This document shows, piece after piece, positions 27,907 to 38,134 of a DNA stretch of 64,000 bases (its first letter is position 1; each line of letters opens with the position of its first letter). This DNA is from Candidatus Bathyarchaeota archaeon (GTDB lineage: Archaea > Thermoproteota > Bathyarchaeia > Bathyarchaeales > Bathycorpusculaceae), in assembly GCA_963833575.1 (NCBI GenBank), contig CAWHXY010000004.1, positions 608,001-672,000 of the forward strand, written 5' to 3'. The position numbers were made by a program, and so were the translations under genes. Below the pieces are notes generated by a model. The model ran no database searches. It worked only from the letters and a program-made list of their open reading frames with translations, and had not been told where the DNA came from.

Positions 27907-29433
27907 TCAGGAAGGTGTTTCTGCCTCAAATTCCTCGTTTTTGCTAATTAACTGTTGCCATGAAACTCTAAGTTCTAACCAAATCAATTTGACTAGTTTT
28001 CTAGCTTCTGAATCGATGGCTACAAGTAATACTGCGTAAAATGCAAAACCTAAAATGGCCTTTGCTATTGTAGAGAGCAATGTTAAGGTTGTCGGAAGCA
28101 GCCATAGTGCAGCCCCCATAATGAAAGCAGCCAGAACGTATTTCCCTATGCTTTTCCAAGCGACAATTATGCTGATTGAACTTTTCATGTAGGCGTAAAC
28201 TCCAATGAATGTTGAAATATGTACACCAATCAGTATCGCTATTACCTCTACCGTGACTCCTACAGATCCACCAACAGGTAATTCTGTGAGGACAAAATAC
28301 GTCAATGGCAAGGCAATTGCTGCTTGAATATAGGGGACACTAAATATTTTGAAGATTTTGCTTCTAACCAGTTTTCGCATTGAAATTTGTCCTTCAGCGT
28401 CGAATGCCTCTACTCCGAAAAGGCAAGAAGTATAGAAATTATAGATCAATAATACTAAAGTGTCAATAGTTAATGCGATAAGAACAGGCCATGCAACACT
28501 ATAAGAAATGTTCAGGATTGTTAAGAACGATACGGACATAATCATTGTTATTGTAGCGAGTGGAATTGCCAACATTAACACTGTTCTAAATGACAGTCCT
28601 ACCTCTTCATTGCTACAAGACTTAGCAAGCAATTTTGGATATACCGCGAAGGCCAAAAAAGAAGAGTACCCAACGATGGTAGTGAAACTCAAAGCCGTTT
28701 GATAATAAGCCCTCGCAACTGATCCACCATACAGGAAAAGCAAGATAAGAACAAACGAGAATAATTGCGCTCCAACAGCGTTGTAAACCATTGCTGGTGA
28801 ACCCTTAAACCACTCTTTAACATACGCCCAATTTGCTTTCTCCTTAAAGAAATCAGACAAAAGAAAAACATAATACAGAACTTGAATAACTGGACCAAGA
28901 ACTAAGCCGAATATTGCACCGAGGAAAATTTGTTTAAAACCCAAAATCAAAATTAAAGCTACAACCACCTTTACAATTTCCTGAATTATGAAGCCATATC
29001 CAACTGCTTGAGGTTTAGTAGCTTGCAAAACGCTTTCAAAAACGGTAACCATGTAAGTAGTCAGGATATTCACAGCTGCAATGAAATAAATCAGCAGGTA
29101 GGTGCTTGTTCCGATGGAATTTGAAATCAGGTAAATAACGGGCAGGTAAATTATGGTTGAAATAATACCTATCGATAATTGAGTAAAGGCGCTAGTTTTT
29201 ATGGTCCCCTCTTTGCCTCTTGCCACAAATCTGGTTACCCAGAAAGGCAAAATGTTGCTGAAAAGCATAAAGTAGATGGTATAATCAAAAATGTTTGTCC
29301 AAATACCGTATTGGGGTTTAGTCATATTCCGGGTAAGTAAGATTGTATAGATAAGCCCGGTAATTACGCCTAACAATTGGGTCGAAAAAACAATGAATCC
29401 ACTATATCGAAGCCTGATTTGTTTTTTACTCAA
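27907..29433 (-). CDS. MOP-superfamily flippase / polysaccharide exporter-like membrane protein
   Basis: About 14 TM; LLTRNM...QYGIW N-terminal pattern. Confidence 0.7.
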   Translation of the reverse strand: MSKKQIRLRYSGFIVFSTQLLGVITGLIYTILLTRNMTKPQYGIWTNIFDYTIYFMLFSNILPFWVTRFVARGKEGTIKTSAFTQLSIGIISTIIYLPVIYLISNSIGTSTYLLIYFIAAVNILTTYMVTVFESVLQATKPQAVGYGFIIQEIVKVVVALILILGFKQIFLGAIFGLVLGPVIQVLYYVFLLSDFFKEKANWAYVKEWFKGSPAMVYNAVGAQLFSFVLILLFLYGGSVARAYYQTALSFTTIVGYSSFLAFAVYPKLLAKSCSNEEVGLSFRTVLMLAIPLATITMIMSVSFLTILNISYSVAWPVLIALTIDTLVLLIYNFYTSCLFGVEAFDAEGQISMRKLVRSKIFKIFSVPYIQAAIALPLTYFVLTELPVGGSVGVTVEVIAILIGVHISTFIGVYAYMKSSISIIVAWKSIGKYVLAAFIMGAALWLLPTTLTLLSTIAKAILGFAFYAVLLVAIDSEARKLVKLIWLELRVSWQQLISKNEEFEAETPS

Positions 29434-29559
29434 TGACTATATCCTACTTTTCTTATGAGTCTGAATTGTAGTCCATTGTTGAGCTTTTAGATATACAATT
29501 TCCCAAAAGATGCCAAAGCCCCTATAACAAAAAATAAAATTTGGAAAATTTGGAAGACT

Positions 29560-31038
29560 TTACCCTTTTACAACTGCCAACGGAACAAGCCTTGCCACCT
29601 TAGTTGCGATCCCCACCTTGTCGCTAACATCGGCAACCATATCCACGTTTTTGTATGCTGGATCTGCTTCTTCAGCCAAAACTGAAGCACTTGCAGCGCG
29701 AACAACTATGCCCCGTTTTTCTAAAGCTGTCTTTATGTCTGCGCCCCAATATTGTCGTTTTGCAGCTGAGCGGCTCATCATTCTACCTGCGCCATGTGCT
29801 GTTGAACCGAAAGTTAAATCCATAGCTTTCTGTGAACCTGCCAAAACCCATGAGCTTGTTCCCATGCTGCCTGGAATGAGCACAGGTTGTCCTTCACTTC
29901 GGTAATCTGCAGGGATATCTGGGTGCCCTGGCGGAAAAGCACGAGTAGCGCCTTTGCGGTGAACCCAAACCTTCTTTTCGACTCCATCGATCTTGTGGGT
30001 TTCAACTTTAGCGATGTTGTGGGTTACGTCATAAACAAGTTTTAGACCAAAATTTTCTGCGGGTTGCTGGAAGACTTGTTGGAAACTTTGTCTTACCCAA
30101 TGCATTATTGCATGTCTATTGCAAAAAGCATAGTTGACGGCACAAGCCATGGCTTGGAAGTAATCGCGGGCTTCATTGCTTGTTCCGGGAGCACAGGCTA
30201 ATTCGCGATCAGGTAATGCTATTTTATACTTTAACACTGCATGCTCCATCACTCTTAGATAATCAGAGCAAACTTGATGACCATATCCCCTAGAGCCGCA
30301 ATGGATCATGACAGTTACTTGACCTTCGTGTGTGATTCCAAAAGCCTTGGCTGTTTTGGGATTGTAGATTTTGTCTATTTTTTGTATTTCTAAGAAGTGG
30401 TTTCCTGAACCTAAAGTACCAATTTGGGTTAAGCCTCTGCTTTTAGCGGTGTTTGAAACTTTGTCTGGGTCTGCATTAGGCATGGCACCTTGTTCTTCAC
30501 AGTGTTCTGCATCCTCTGGCCAGCCAAACCCGCGTTTTATAAGCCAAGGTACGCCTTCAATGGCTAAATGGTCTAAGTCAGCGTTGGATATTGAGAGGTC
30601 TTTTCTGCGACTTCCAAGTCCAGAAGGAACATTACGGAAAATAGTTTCAGCTAATGGTGCAAGTTTGGGTCTGATTTCCTGTTCGGTAAGCGTTGTTGCT
30701 AAAAGACGAACGCCACAATTAATATCATAACCTACTCCGCCCGGGCTGATAACGCCATCGTCATAGTCGGTTGCTGCTACACCGCCAATAGGAAAACCGT
30801 AACCTTCGTGACCATCTGGTAATGTAATAGAATGTTTGTAGATTCCAGGCAACTGACTGACGTTTGAGCATTGCCAAAGAGTCCTATCGGTCTTCATCTT
30901 ATCTAACAATGCTTCGTTAGCAAAAACCATGCCTGGAACACGCATTGCAGGCTTGTACTGCGGGATCCGCCACATGTAATCATTAATTTTTTCTAAAGGA
31001 ACTCTCTCAGGAGCCCCTCTGCTTTCACTTTCGCCCAA
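29560..31038 (-). CDS. rtcB: tRNA-splicing ligase RtcB
   Basis: LPDGHEGYGFPIG, GYDINCG, GTLGSGNHFLE, HRKGAT, STAHGAGR. Confidence 0.97.
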   Translation of the reverse strand: MGESESRGAPERVPLEKINDYMWRIPQYKPAMRVPGMVFANEALLDKMKTDRTLWQCSNVSQLPGIYKHSITLPDGHEGYGFPIGGVAATDYDDGVISPGGVGYDINCGVRLLATTLTEQEIRPKLAPLAETIFRNVPSGLGSRRKDLSISNADLDHLAIEGVPWLIKRGFGWPEDAEHCEEQGAMPNADPDKVSNTAKSRGLTQIGTLGSGNHFLEIQKIDKIYNPKTAKAFGITHEGQVTVMIHCGSRGYGHQVCSDYLRVMEHAVLKYKIALPDRELACAPGTSNEARDYFQAMACAVNYAFCNRHAIMHWVRQSFQQVFQQPAENFGLKLVYDVTHNIAKVETHKIDGVEKKVWVHRKGATRAFPPGHPDIPADYRSEGQPVLIPGSMGTSSWVLAGSQKAMDLTFGSTAHGAGRMMSRSAAKRQYWGADIKTALEKRGIVVRAASASVLAEEADPAYKNVDMVADVSDKVGIATKVARLVPLAVVKG

Positions 31039-31087
31039 AAATCTTCACCGTTTCCAAACAAGAGATTAATGAGATTATAAAACTTTA

Positions 31088-31996
31088 TCAAGCTTGCTTC
31101 TGTTTTGCGTATTCCATAAACCCTTTTACGCAATTTTCCAAAACCGTTTTTGAGTAAATGCGATGAGCCTTGACGAAATCCCCAATTTTGGTCATGACTT
31201 TGTCTTCAGCAATAATTCTATCGCGTACCTTTTCTAAAGTTTGATTTTTCTTAATTCCCTCTTCGGCTATCTTTGCCCATAATTCGAGTTGTAACTTGTA
31301 GTCTTTTAGGCGCTTAACCCCATCGGCGGCTATTCCAAAATGACTATAATACAAAACAGTTGGTTCTAGACTGATTAATTTGTCGAGAGAAGCTAATGCT
31401 GACTCTAAATGGAATGGTGGCGGGGTAGTTGGAACTACAACATCGAACTCTGGAAAATATGTGCCTGCAGCATCTCCAGGAAAAACACCTCTATTAAATG
31501 ACTCGTGGTAACTCAGGTTATGTGAAGCGTGCCCAAGTGTTTCTACAACCTTTAATGTGGCGCCTTCGCCTAAATCAAATAAGCCTGCCGTAACCGGAAT
31601 TATGCGTTCTTTTTGAACTGGCTCAGGTTCACCGAAAATTTCGCTGACAAATCCTAGGACTGTTTGAGCTGATGTCCAGAGACGTTCAGGATTAATCAAG
31701 TGAGGCATGCCTCTCGGATGAACAAGCACCTTGGCGTTAGGCAACAATTTCAACAGGGTACCTGCACCACCTCCATGATCTAAATGTACATGTGTGATTG
31801 CAAGATACTGGACGTTTTCAAACGGTATGTCGAGTTCATTTAAGCCAGAAACAAGTTTAGGCACAGAAGATGTTGGACCAGACTCTACAAGAGTGATTTT
31901 AGCAGCTTTGATTACATAACTACAAATTAGGTTTTTGAACCCACCCGTTTCAAGCTCGATTTGAAAAAGGTTTTTTCCGATCTCTCGTGTATGCAA
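31088..31996 (-). CDS. Metallo-beta-lactamase-fold hydrolase
   Basis: THVHLDHGGG, GHASH, GDAAG, HFG. Confidence 0.9.
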   Translation of the reverse strand: MHTREIGKNLFQIELETGGFKNLICSYVIKAAKITLVESGPTSSVPKLVSGLNELDIPFENVQYLAITHVHLDHGGGAGTLLKLLPNAKVLVHPRGMPHLINPERLWTSAQTVLGFVSEIFGEPEPVQKERIIPVTAGLFDLGEGATLKVVETLGHASHNLSYHESFNRGVFPGDAAGTYFPEFDVVVPTTPPPFHLESALASLDKLISLEPTVLYYSHFGIAADGVKRLKDYKLQLELWAKIAEEGIKKNQTLEKVRDRIIAEDKVMTKIGDFVKAHRIYSKTVLENCVKGFMEYAKQKQA

Positions 31997-32109
31997 ATAT
32001 CCACACCTTAGTTAGGCTTGAGCACTGTTGCACCATAAATGTTTTTGTAAAAATGATAAAATTTAATTACAGATAATGCTTTTATGAAGGGCTAAAGGTT
32101 GGCAAAAAA

Positions 32110-32763
32110 TTGAAAGCAATTATGTTGGGAGCTCCAGGTGCAGGAAAAGGAACATATTCCTCAAGGCTTAAAGAAAAAATCGGTGTAGAAACAATCGCAA
32201 CAGGCGATATTTTTCGTGAATTAATGAAGCAAGACTCGGAACTAGGCAAGAAAGTTAAAGGTTACGTGGAAAAGGGAATGCTAGTTCCCGATGAAGTCGT
32301 AACAGAGGTACTGAGGCAGCGGTTAAGTAAAATTCCTGAAGGTAAAGGATTCATTTTAGATGGGTACCCACGAACGCTTGATCAGGCAAAAATGTTGGAA
32401 ACTATTACAAAAATTGATGTTGTACTAATGCTTGATGTTCCAGATTGGATAATTATCGAACGTTTATCAACTCGCCGGATATGCCGTAACTGCGGAACTG
32501 TTTACAACATTAGCTATTTGAAACCAAAAGTTGAAGGCGTCTGCGACAAATGTGGAGGACAACTCTATCAACGATCCGATGACAATCCTGAAGTTATAAA
32601 GAAAAGACTCGAAGTGTACCAAGAACAAACAAAGCCACTAGTTGAATTCTTTAAGCAAAAAAGGATTCCGTTTGTTATTTCAGGCACCACAGCTCTTGAT
32701 CAAAAGCCAGAACCCATAGTCGAGAAAATAATAACAGAGCTAAATAAACTCAAACTCGCCTAA
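32110..32763 (+). CDS. adk: Adenylate kinase, long bacterial-type with Zn-binding LID
   Basis: GAPGAGKGT, LDGYPR, CRNC...CDKCGG, QRSDD. Confidence 0.95.
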   Translation: MKAIMLGAPGAGKGTYSSRLKEKIGVETIATGDIFRELMKQDSELGKKVKGYVEKGMLVPDEVVTEVLRQRLSKIPEGKGFILDGYPRTLDQAKMLETITKIDVVLMLDVPDWIIIERLSTRRICRNCGTVYNISYLKPKVEGVCDKCGGQLYQRSDDNPEVIKKRLEVYQEQTKPLVEFFKQKRIPFVISGTTALDQKPEPIVEKIITELNKLKLA

Positions 32764-33215
32764 ATATCCAAAATAAACTCTAATACCACCCAATCTCTTT
32801 CCCTTATTATTACCATTCTATGATAAGTCACAGCTTTAACCCCAACTTTTTGCGGATGTTTTTGAGGATCAAATTTTTCACCCCAAATCTTCGCTTTGAA
32901 TTTGAACGTTTCAGAGGTTTCTTTCCAATTTAGGATTTGGAATTTTGAGTAAAGCATGTTTTCAGTTTCAAACTTTACAAGCAAAGCTTCAAGCCAGTTA
33001 TATAGTAACGCATACTGGTCTTCAGCCTCAATCTCAATAGTTTGCTCTTGTGTTTGAGCGATTTTGTCTGAGTCGGTCATTGTTTCAAACATTGCTAGGG
33101 CAGCGTTTTCGTAGGCTTCTTCCATTGTTTTCCCACGTGCACTTACATAGACGTCTGCCGTGTGTTCTAGAAACTCAAATTTCCCCTCAAATTTTTGGGG
33201 CTTGTCGTCATTCAT
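32760..33215 (-). CDS. Archease
   Basis: LEHTAD, VKAVTYH, terminal LDI. Confidence 0.95.
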   Translation of the reverse strand: MNDDKPQKFEGKFEFLEHTADVYVSARGKTMEEAYENAALAMFETMTDSDKIAQTQEQTIEIEAEDQYALLYNWLEALLVKFETENMLYSKFQILNWKETSETFKFKAKIWGEKFDPQKHPQKVGVKAVTYHRMVIIRERDWVVLEFILDI

Positions 33216-33295
33216 CGATAAAGACCCAAGGATAATGTGAACAGGTTGTTCTAAAAACGCTTTCGCTAATATGCCAACTGCAAAGAAATACTGGA

Positions 33296-33751
33296 CTATT
33301 TAGTTTCTAATGCAAAATAGTTTTCGATAGAAGCCTTAATGAGTTTAGCGCATACTTTTTGAGGTATGCCTTCCTGACGAAACTTGGCTGCTTCCTCAGG
33401 GTTAGATAAGTCATATTTGATTAAGTCTCTGCAGAAAGTGGTGCCATGCTGCTCTTCAAACTTCTCAAGAAGCGTTTTCGCATAAGCATAAGCTTTTGCT
33501 CGTTTTTCTACGCCAGTTTCATTTGAGGCATATTTTATGCCGACTGCCATTATGCTGCCAGTCAATGCACCGCATATAGAGCCGCAACGTCCTATGCCAC
33601 CGCCGAAGCATGCCGCTATCTTTGGAACAAGCTCATTTTTGCTTTTTGGTTCAATGTACTCATATAATGCTAAAAGCACGCTTTCGGCACAGTTATACCC
33701 ACTTTGAAAGTTTTTGATTGCGTTTTCAGATACTTCCTGATCTGATGACAC
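33296..33751 (-). CDS. C-GCAxxG-C-C family protein
   Basis: YNCAESVL, FGGGIG..GSICGALTG, CRDL, C. Confidence 0.9.
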   Translation of the reverse strand: MSSDQEVSENAIKNFQSGYNCAESVLLALYEYIEPKSKNELVPKIAACFGGGIGRCGSICGALTGSIMAVGIKYASNETGVEKRAKAYAYAKTLLEKFEEQHGTTFCRDLIKYDLSNPEEAAKFRQEGIPQKVCAKLIKASIENYFALETK

Positions 33752-33766
33752 GCAGGGTCACCTCCT

Positions 33767-34810
33767 TTAGAGATATTTTGAGGTTCTCTGGATTGCTGAA
33801 ACTGTGAGTTTCGCGCAGTTTTCAATGTCTCTTAGGCATAGCATACCAACGGGGCTGTGAATATAGCGCACGGGCATAGATATGTTTCCGCATGGAATCC
33901 CTTGTCGTGTAAGCGAAATTCTTGCCGCATCAGTTGAGCCCATTAAGCCTGTTTCTATCTGGTAGGGAATTTTTTCTTCTTCTGCAGAATCCAAAAGCCA
34001 TCGCAAAATCTTAGACGAAGTTATCAGGCCTGAATCAGTGATTGTGAGCGCTGGTCCTTTACCCATCTTTACGCTGGTATCAAACTCTTTTACTCCAGGA
34101 GTATCACCGGCTATAGTTACATCAAGCGCTATCGCCACGTCGGGGTCAATGTTGAAAGCTGCTGCTCCTGCACCGCGCAAGCCTACTTCTTCTTGAACAG
34201 TGCCGACTGCATATATTGTGAAGTCTGTTTTCTCCAGTATCCGGAGTGTCTCTACCATTGTGACGCAACCAGCTCGGTTGTCAAATGCTTTACCGACAAC
34301 GACGTCTTTGTCTAACTGAACATACTTAACGTCAAAACCTACTGGGTCACCTATTGATACGCCCATTGCTAAAGCATCATCTTTGCTCTCTGCCCCGATG
34401 TCAATGAAGAGTTCGTCGGAAGCTATGATTTTTTTGCGTTCTTCTTCCTTTTGAATGTGGGGAGGTTTTGAGCCTATTATCCCTGAGAAAGCACGTTTTT
34501 TAGAAAAGACGGTGACTCTCTGAGCGGGGAGGATGCGGTCATCTATCCCGCCCATTTTGGCAAATTGTAGAAAACCATCTTTAGTGATAGTTTTCACCAT
34601 TAAGCCAACTTCATCCATGTGAGCTGCCAGCATAATTTTGGGCGAATTTTCTTTTCCCTTTTTGACCGCAATAACATTTTCAAGTCTATCAACAATTATT
34701 TCGTCTGAGTAGGGCGTCATGAGTCTAATCATTAATTCCCTAACTTCATTCTCTCTGCCTGTTACTCCGCAGGCGTTAGAAAGTTTCGATAAATTCTCAT
34801 TTATGGACAA
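33767..34810 (-). CDS. M42 family (TET-like) aminopeptidase
   Basis: AAHMDEVG, AFDNRAG, QEEVGLRGA, TDA, RYIHSP. Confidence 0.93.
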   Translation of the reverse strand: MSINENLSKLSNACGVTGRENEVRELMIRLMTPYSDEIIVDRLENVIAVKKGKENSPKIMLAAHMDEVGLMVKTITKDGFLQFAKMGGIDDRILPAQRVTVFSKKRAFSGIIGSKPPHIQKEEERKKIIASDELFIDIGAESKDDALAMGVSIGDPVGFDVKYVQLDKDVVVGKAFDNRAGCVTMVETLRILEKTDFTIYAVGTVQEEVGLRGAGAAAFNIDPDVAIALDVTIAGDTPGVKEFDTSVKMGKGPALTITDSGLITSSKILRWLLDSAEEEKIPYQIETGLMGSTDAARISLTRQGIPCGNISMPVRYIHSPVGMLCLRDIENCAKLTVSAIQRTSKYL

Positions 34811-34977
34811 TTAAATGACTTCCTAAGTTTTTATAGATAAAACTTTGAGAGATTGCTTATTAAACAATTGTGGTCAAAATTGGTGTTAATACAAATTTTT
34901 AGGCTAGAATTGGCAAACAAGTGTTCGGAGTTAAGAACTAAATATTTTTTGACTAGTAAGGTGTGGACTTGTAGTTT

Positions 34978-36879
34978 CTATTGCCTTGTTTGTGGTAATT
35001 CAACTGTGAATTTGGTTCCTTTATTTGGTTGGCTTTCGAATGTGATTTCGCCTTTTAATGCGTCTACAAGCCGTTTTACAACCGCCAAACCTAGGCCTTG
35101 ACCTTTTGATTTTGTCGTGAAAAGCGGTGTAAATAGTCTAGTTTTAACTTCATCAGATATACCTAAACCTGTGTCTTCAACAATAATCACTATTTTGTCT
35201 TTTTTCTTGTTTGCTTTAACGGTTAATTCACCCTCGTTGGGCATCGCCTGCACTGCGTTAGTGATTAGATTCGTCAGTATCCTTCTAAGGTAAGCAACAT
35301 CTGTTTGGATTGCTTTTGAGTTATCTTTGATATCGGTCGTTAACTCTATTCTTTTTGGAACAGTAATTGTTGAAATTGTGCCTTCTACTATTTCTGAAAG
35401 ATTTGCTTCTTGAATGCTGGGTTTTAAGGGTCTTGTGTAGTCTTGCAAGTCGCTAACAATCTTATCTATGTAGGCGAGATTTTCGTTGACTGCATCGATG
35501 CTTTCAAAGACCTCTTGTTTGCTTTCGCCTTCAGGCATTGTTTTCAGTTCTTCTGTTATCAAGTACATATCCCCAGTTATCGCCTGAAGCGGGTTGCGAA
35601 TATCATGACCAACCATACCGGCTGTCTGCCCGATGGCTGCTAGACGCTCAGAGTTTTTAAGTTGCTGTGCCCTTTGCTCAGCTAGTTCTTCCATTTGGCT
35701 GGCGTATTCTTCAAGTAAAACAGCATTTTCTTCAAGTTTAACCTGAACTTTGGCCCGTGCCTCTTCAGCTTTCTTCATCTCATCGATATCCACTGTGTAG
35801 GCACGTATTTTCTGGGTTTCGGGAACAAGATAAAAGGTTTCATGATACCAGTGGTCAGCAACTTTTACTTCTCTCCCAAAAACTTTTTTTGTTTCTCCTA
35901 CAAATTTTTTGGCAATAGCATGCCAATCAGAAAGAAAAGGATGTCTAAGACCTAAATTTTCAAAATCTGGAAAGAGTATTTTTGTTGCTGGATTAGAATA
36001 GGTCAGTTTTCCGCTAAAATCAGCTTCGAATATTGCATTAGGATTGAGAGTTGGAAATGATGCTAAACGCTCAATTTCTTTTTCAGCTCTTTTGCGCTCT
36101 GTAATGTTTCGGGCAACGTGTACCGAACCAGTTACGCGTCCCTGTTCATCTTTGATAGGAGTTGTACTGACTAAGAAGTAGCCTCCAAGACTGGGCGCGT
36201 AGACTTCCGCAATATGTTCTTTGCCGTCTTCCAAGGTCTTGGCATGAGGACAAAATTCTGGTGGAATATCCGTTCCATGAACACATTTGTAGCAGCTTAA
36301 TCCGATAGCTTCTTGCGAGGTAAAACCAAGTTGCTTTGCCATAGCTCTGTTAGCTCGCACGATTTTGTGTTTTTTATCCAATATTGCGATAAAGTCTGGA
36401 ATGGTGTCAAATGTGCGCTCCCAATCGTTTCTTGCTCTTCGAAGCGCCTGTTCAGCTTTTTTGCGTTCAGTTATATCCTCAAAAAGTGCAACGAAGTAAC
36501 CTTTTTCTGGGCAATATGCTGACACGTTATACCATTTACCAAGCGGTTCAGCGAAATTTTCAAACTGAATTGATTCACAAGTCAACGCAACTTTACCGTA
36601 AATGCCTATCCAATCTGCAGGGTCATTCTCTATGCCCTTCAGAACTTCAGTCACTCGTTTTCCAATAATCTTATCTCTTTGCAAGCCAGTCATTATCTCA
36701 AAAGCAGGGTTAACTTCCAAAAAAATATAGTCAACTGGTTTACCGTTTTGGTCAACTACAATTTTGTGATAGGAAAAACCGTCGAGCATTCTATCAAAAA
36801 ACATGTTAAACTGTTTCCCATCGACGCTGAGAGCTTTTGACAATGCATTGGATAAAGAATCTATGGGCAAGTTAAACAC
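34978..36879 (-). CDS. Cytoplasmic multi-PAS sensor histidine kinase
   Basis: Three PAS-like repeats, GHDIRNPL H-box, N/G1/F/G2 boxes. Confidence 0.92.
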   Translation of the reverse strand: MFNLPIDSLSNALSKALSVDGKQFNMFFDRMLDGFSYHKIVVDQNGKPVDYIFLEVNPAFEIMTGLQRDKIIGKRVTEVLKGIENDPADWIGIYGKVALTCESIQFENFAEPLGKWYNVSAYCPEKGYFVALFEDITERKKAEQALRRARNDWERTFDTIPDFIAILDKKHKIVRANRAMAKQLGFTSQEAIGLSCYKCVHGTDIPPEFCPHAKTLEDGKEHIAEVYAPSLGGYFLVSTTPIKDEQGRVTGSVHVARNITERKRAEKEIERLASFPTLNPNAIFEADFSGKLTYSNPATKILFPDFENLGLRHPFLSDWHAIAKKFVGETKKVFGREVKVADHWYHETFYLVPETQKIRAYTVDIDEMKKAEEARAKVQVKLEENAVLLEEYASQMEELAEQRAQQLKNSERLAAIGQTAGMVGHDIRNPLQAITGDMYLITEELKTMPEGESKQEVFESIDAVNENLAYIDKIVSDLQDYTRPLKPSIQEANLSEIVEGTISTITVPKRIELTTDIKDNSKAIQTDVAYLRRILTNLITNAVQAMPNEGELTVKANKKKDKIVIIVEDTGLGISDEVKTRLFTPLFTTKSKGQGLGLAVVKRLVDALKGEITFESQPNKGTKFTVELPQTRQ

Positions 36880-37114
36880 CGTACTTTCTGAAATTTAGGT
36901 TCTACGGGTATAAAAAAGTTCATTTCACGGAAAAGTTGCTCTAAGAAAATACTTATGGATGTAGATAAGAAAATATCCACATGGACCATCGACATATAAG
37001 TTGTCAGCTTAAGAAACAAAGTGTTGACACTTTTGATATTAGTCTTTCAAAATTCTACGAAGATAATTCTTAAATCGTTAAACTGCATTCACAAACATCT
37101 TAAGGTGTAAAAAA

Positions 37115-38044
37115 TTGGCACAACCACCAAGTTACAAAACAGTTTTTGTTTTTTTAGACACAGACAAATATTGTAGCCCATTTGATATGCTAGTAGCTAT
37201 TGACGCTTTCCCAGACTCAATGATATTCAAATACGAAAACGTAACCGCTGAAGACGCCCCCAAAATAGTTTTTGACTTACTCTTTCCGCGTGGACCAGAG
37301 GGAGCAAAACACACAAAAATTTTCATCAACGGAAGCAACTTCGAAATGGTTGAGAAAGTAGTCGAAGCAACTCAGAAAGCTATGAAGTCAGCCCCATGGG
37401 GAAACAGCATAATCGTTGACCCACGAGGAGGATACTCAACAGCCGCAGCAGCAGTAGCAAAAACTTTCGGAGCAGCCATGGAGAAAGGTTTCGGCACATT
37501 GGAAGGCAAAAAAGTCACAGTACTCGCAGGAACAGGACCAGTCGGACAAACAGCCGCAAGAATCTATGCAGCCGAAAAAGCAAACGTAACCATCACATCC
37601 CGCACAATGGCAAAAGGACAAGCGGTCGCTGAAAAAATCAACCAAGAAGTCGGCGCACAAAGAGTCAAAGTTGTCGAAGTAGCAAAACCAGAACAAACAG
37701 CAGACGCCGTCAAAGACGCGGAAATCATACTTTCAGCAGGCGCAGGCGGAATACAACTCCTGTCACAATCACAAATTGGTGCATCCTGCAAAATCGTTGC
37801 CGACATCAACGCTATCAAACCCTTAGGCGTGGAAGGCTTAGGCTCAAATGATGATGGCATAGAAATTAAACCAGGTGTTTATGGCATAGGCGCATTAGCT
37901 ATCGGCAAACTCAAAATTAAGACAGAGACAGAAATGATAAAACGGGCAACCAACGAGCCGCAGGGATTATTTGATTACTCAATCGCCTATACCATTGCTA
38001 AAGACGCAATCTTGAAAAAGCTTGCAAAGGCAGCTGCTAAATAA
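37115..38044 (+). CDS. NAD(P)-dependent methylene-H4MPT/H4F dehydrogenase (MtdA/MtdB-like)
   Basis: SPFD...A.DA, FPRGP.G...T.IFI.G, DP.G.YSTAAA.VA, GTGPVG, D.NA..PLGVEG, GIGALAIG..K. Confidence 0.85.
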   Translation: MAQPPSYKTVFVFLDTDKYCSPFDMLVAIDAFPDSMIFKYENVTAEDAPKIVFDLLFPRGPEGAKHTKIFINGSNFEMVEKVVEATQKAMKSAPWGNSIIVDPRGGYSTAAAAVAKTFGAAMEKGFGTLEGKKVTVLAGTGPVGQTAARIYAAEKANVTITSRTMAKGQAVAEKINQEVGAQRVKVVEVAKPEQTADAVKDAEIILSAGAGGIQLLSQSQIGASCKIVADINAIKPLGVEGLGSNDDGIEIKPGVYGIGALAIGKLKIKTETEMIKRATNEPQGLFDYSIAYTIAKDAILKKLAKAAAK

Positions 38045-38134
38045 AACAGCTATTTTCTCACTTTTTTGCTCTTTACTTAAACCATTTTTTTCTTCGCTTT
38101 TAGATTCAGACAGATTTTTTGAAAAAAGGAAGTG

